A DNA stretch of 64,000 bases from Utricularia gibba. Taxonomy: Eukaryota; Plantae; Magnoliophyta. The stretch spans positions 2,046,001-2,110,000 of the forward strand of contig NEEC01000014.1 of NCBI GenBank assembly GCA_002189035.1, in the 5' to 3' direction. How positions within the stretch are numbered: position 1 is the stretch's first letter; every line of letters begins with the position of its first letter. Under the pieces are notes generated by a model. It did no database searches. It saw only the letters and a list, made by a program, of their open reading frames with translations, and was not told the origin of the DNA. Below are positions 60,505 through 64,000 of this stretch, piece after piece. The translations under genes and the position numbers were made by a program.

Positions 60505-63500
60505 ATGGGCGTTCCTGCGAACCAAGACTTGAAAAGGTTGCCAGGTTCTGGATCAAACGGTAAGTTGATGTACCAGTTTCTTGGTTTAGCTGATAAGCTA
60601 TTGTGTTCCCTCTCCGCTCCTTGAAAAAATTTGATGTGGTTTGTCTTTCACAGATATGGGACTTTCTAGGAACAAAAGGATTAAGATTGAAGAGGTGGGA
60701 TTTTCTTGGAGATTTGATCTGGATCAGAAAAGAAACGGCTCATTTCCACGCCTTATTCAGAGTTCGGATCCATTTGCAATAAGCAATCTGCTGACAGAGT
60801 TAGATTCTGGCAAGTACGGAACCGTGACTAAAGAAATACATGAGCTGGTGTCTCGCAGGAAAAATTTAATGCATAGATTTTATGCTATAAACCCATGTCT
60901 TGCATCAGCAGATGTGCCAAGTGAGATTCCACGGGGTACAACCGAAGAAACTGATCCGCATGTGCTTGATATTGAAGATGATGATGAGCAGAATGATCTT
61001 GCTATTGTGAATTTTGATCCAGTAGCACAGCGGCCCCAGGCTTCTGGAGACATAATTATCATTGATTCAGATGATGATGATGATAATAAGTTACAAGAGC
61101 CTTCAGGAATGTTTCTCATGAAGGACATCCTGGTAAGGGCTTTGAATTCACTGTCAGGTGCCTTTTTCAAGAAATTGTGTAAAACTTGCATGCTATAAAA
61201 CTGCTGTTTTTGTTAGTCTCTTCATTATCTAACTGTTGTGCAATATTTTTCCAAGGATTGGGATTTCAAAAAGAAAATCCCGAGAAATCCACCAGCTAAC
61301 AGGAATTCTATATCAACAACCAAATCCGCTGAACATATTTCAGCAGTACATGTTGGAGTGGACACTACTCCCATACAACATACTGCGGCTGTACATGTCA
61401 GAGTAGACACTACACCCTAGAACATGTTGCAGCAGAACATTTCGGAGTAGACATTAAACCCACAGAACATATTGCAGCAGAAACCAAGCCCACTCAAGAG
61501 AACATGGAAACCATACCTACTGAAGATAAGGGTGAATATGTTAGCTCGTATGAAGAAGGTGATGATCTGTCTGAAACAAATTCAGATGGTCTGGGTGACA
61601 TCTGGAATGAGATGAGCGTAGCATTGGAGTGTTCAAAGGTAGCTGTTTTCACTTCTATTCATTTGACTACTATTGCCTCTGCAACCATTGAATAGTTTAA
61701 TTTAATGGATTTTCTCTTTTACATTCACGCCCAGGATGGCATTACAAATATTCCACTTAATGACTACAATGCTGAGAATGAAGGAGATTGTGAGCACTCA
61801 TTTATACTGAAAGATGACGTTGGTGATGTGTGTTGTCTTTGCGGTGTTATCAAGAGAGCAATTGAGTCCATCATTGAGTACAATTTTTCGAAGGTAAAAT
61901 AAGTTAGTTTTGCATTCGGCTTTTCCTCTTGAGCGTGGTTTTATAGTTTGATAACCCTTGTATGCTGTTTTTTCAGAGCGCAAAGTCGACAAGAACGTAC
62001 AGCAAGTATGAAGCACAGCTCTTCAGAGAGCCATTCCAAAATGAATCTGCTGATGAATTGAAACGATTTGATACTGATTTTTCTGCTGCTGAGATCTGTC
62101 CACATCCACGGCACATGAAGGAGATGAAGCCCCATCAATTTGAGGGCTTTAATTTTCTTGTGAGCAATCTTGTAACTGATAATCCAGGAGGTTGTATTAT
62201 GGCACATGCTCCTGGTTCAGGTAAGACGTTTATGATTATTAGCTTCCTTCAAAGCTTCATGGCCAAATATCCAGCTGCCAGGCCACTTGTTGTGCTTCCG
62301 AGAGGAATATTGCCGATTTGGAAAAAGGAATTTATTCGATGGCAAGTTGAAGACCTCCCTTTGTATGATTTTTATTCCGTGAAAGCAGATGGCCGCTCCC
62401 AGCAGTTGGAAGTTCTTAAAGAATGGATTAATGAGAGAAGCGTGTTATTTCTTGGTTATAAACAGTTCTCTTCTATCATCTGTGACACCGATGATTCTCA
62501 AGCTGCTGTTTTATGTCAAGATTATTTGCTGAGGGTCCCTACCATTTTAATTCTGGATGAAGGGCATACACCCAGAAATCAAGATACTGATGTACTAACC
62601 TCCCTTGAGAGGGTTCAAACGCCAAGAAAGGTTGTCCTCTCTGGAACTCTCTATCAAAACCATGTCGAAGAAGTGTTCAACATTTTGAATCTTGTTCGCC
62701 CCAAGTTCCTGAAGATGGAACATGCGAAGGCCATAAAGAGGCGTATTATGAGCCGTGCTGAAATATCAAGTTCAACAAAACTTACCAAGAATAAGAATTG
62801 TAGAGACCATCAGTTTTATGAACTGATCGAGCATACATTGATAAAAGATGAAAATTCCAAGCGGAAGATGACTGTGATACAGGATCTGCGTGCAATGACC
62901 AAAAGCGTCTTGCACTATTACAAGGGTGATAACCTGGACGAACTTCCTGGACTAACTGACTTCTCTGTCTTTCTTCAGCTTAGCGCAAGTCAAAGAACTG
63001 AGGTCAAGGAATTGGCAAAAACCGGACTACGGAAATTCACAATATGTGCCCAAGGTAGTGCAATTTATCTTCATCCGAAACTGAAGGCTCTGGCTAAGCA
63101 GTGTGGTGTGAAAGATAGAGTTGATGTGGAAAAAATTAATATGCTCATGAATAAGCTAAATGTGAAGGAAGGTGCAAAGCTGAATTTTTACCTCAATCTT
63201 CTTCAGCTTTGTGAATCAAGTGGTGAGAAACTTCTCGTCTTCAGCCAGTATCTCCTCCCCCTTAAGTTTTTAGAGATGATCACTGGTCATCTGAAGGGCT
63301 ATTCTGTGGGCCGGGAAATGTTTATGATCACTGGTGAGTCAGATAATGATACACGTGAACATTCCATGGAGAAGTTCAATACTTCATCAGATGCCCGTGT
63401 GTTCTTTGGTTCCATTAAAGCTTGTGGAGAAGGGATTTCTCTTGTTGGGGCATCACGCATCATAATCTTGGATGTCCATTTAAATCCTTCTGTTACTCGT

Positions 63501-63764
63501 CAAGCTATAGGACGAGCTTTTCGACCCGGTCAGGTGAGGAAGGTATATGTGTATAGGCTGATTGCTTCCAAGTCACCGGAAGAAGAAGATCATTTGACAT
63601 GCTTCAGGAAGGAGTCCATTGCCAAGATGTGGTTTGAGTGGGATGAGTGCAGTAGTAGTTCTGAAAGACTCGAAATGAAGAGTGTTGATGTTGAAAACTG
63701 CAATGATGAGTTTCTAGTGACACCTCGGCTGAGTGGAGACATCACTGCTGTCTTCACAAGATGA
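60505..63764 (+). CDS. DRD1: SNF2-family chromatin remodeler, DRD1/CHR35/CHR34-like (RdDM DDR complex), multi-exon
   Basis: [85 protein letters not shown]. 1-bp deletion near 61415-61418. Confidence 0.93.
61331..61482 (+). repeat. 45-nt (15-aa) coding tandem repeat, about 3.4 copies, in DRD1 exon 3
   Basis: Units start at 61331, 61376, 61420 and 61465: [15 protein letters not shown] / [14 protein letters not shown](L) / [15 protein letters not shown] / EHIAAE. Confidence 0.85.
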
Positions 63765-64000
63765 TAATTCCTTCTCCGTTAATTTTGTAGGTGAACTCCG
63801 CCCAGAGTTTCAGGAATGGAAGTCTTCTGTTCATAGATAGGTTATCAGTGCACACAGTGATCAGTACATAACACTAGCTTTCTGGAGTGATTTTCATGTA
63901 TTTGGAAAATTGGAGTTGGGAAGCGTGATCCAGTACATCACTCCTGAAATTCTTGAGCTTTTTTGCCAAAAAGAAGAGATGCTTCATGTTTTGGATAAAA

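Noticed and set aside
1257-63764. Most short ORFs in the six-frame track, antisense to or overlapping real exons
   Set aside because: They are shadows of coding exons or read-through into introns, with no independent motifs.
1-64000. CRISPR arrays, rRNA, tRNA genes, organellar insertions
   Set aside because: None seen; the only tRNA-related sequences are the two retroelement primer-binding sites.

Overview
Gene-dense nuclear DNA from a compact-genome eudicot (most introns about 70-100 bp). Twelve intron-containing or single-exon protein genes are recognisable, in order: coatomer gamma, USB1, an At2g16250-type LRR-RLK, a RADIALIS-like MYB, a CIB1-like bHLH, SPB1/FtsJ3 rRNA methyltransferase, AGPase large subunit, SEC14-like PITP, S1-group bZIP with its conserved sucrose-control uORF, a RING-H2 protein, SAE2 and a DRD1/CHR34-type SNF2 remodeler. 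There is also a decayed IDN2/FDM-like (XS-coiled coil-XH) pseudogene and two full-length, TSD-flanked but defective LTR retrotransposons. One is a 5.0 kb Ty1/copia element whose primer-binding site matches the 3' 18 nt of tRNA-Phe rather than initiator Met. The other is a 6.7 kb CRM-clade Ty3/gypsy element whose integrase CR motif runs into the 3' LTR. Each appears to have landed in a separate unidentified TATA-driven, spliced transcription unit. Other points: three candidate GC-AG introns, a 45-nt tandem coding repeat in DRD1, and recurrent one-base-short C/G runs that break several conserved genes and most likely reflect long-read assembly error. I found no clearly new multi-gene system. Protein and tRNA identifications come from recalled motifs and were not checked against databases.
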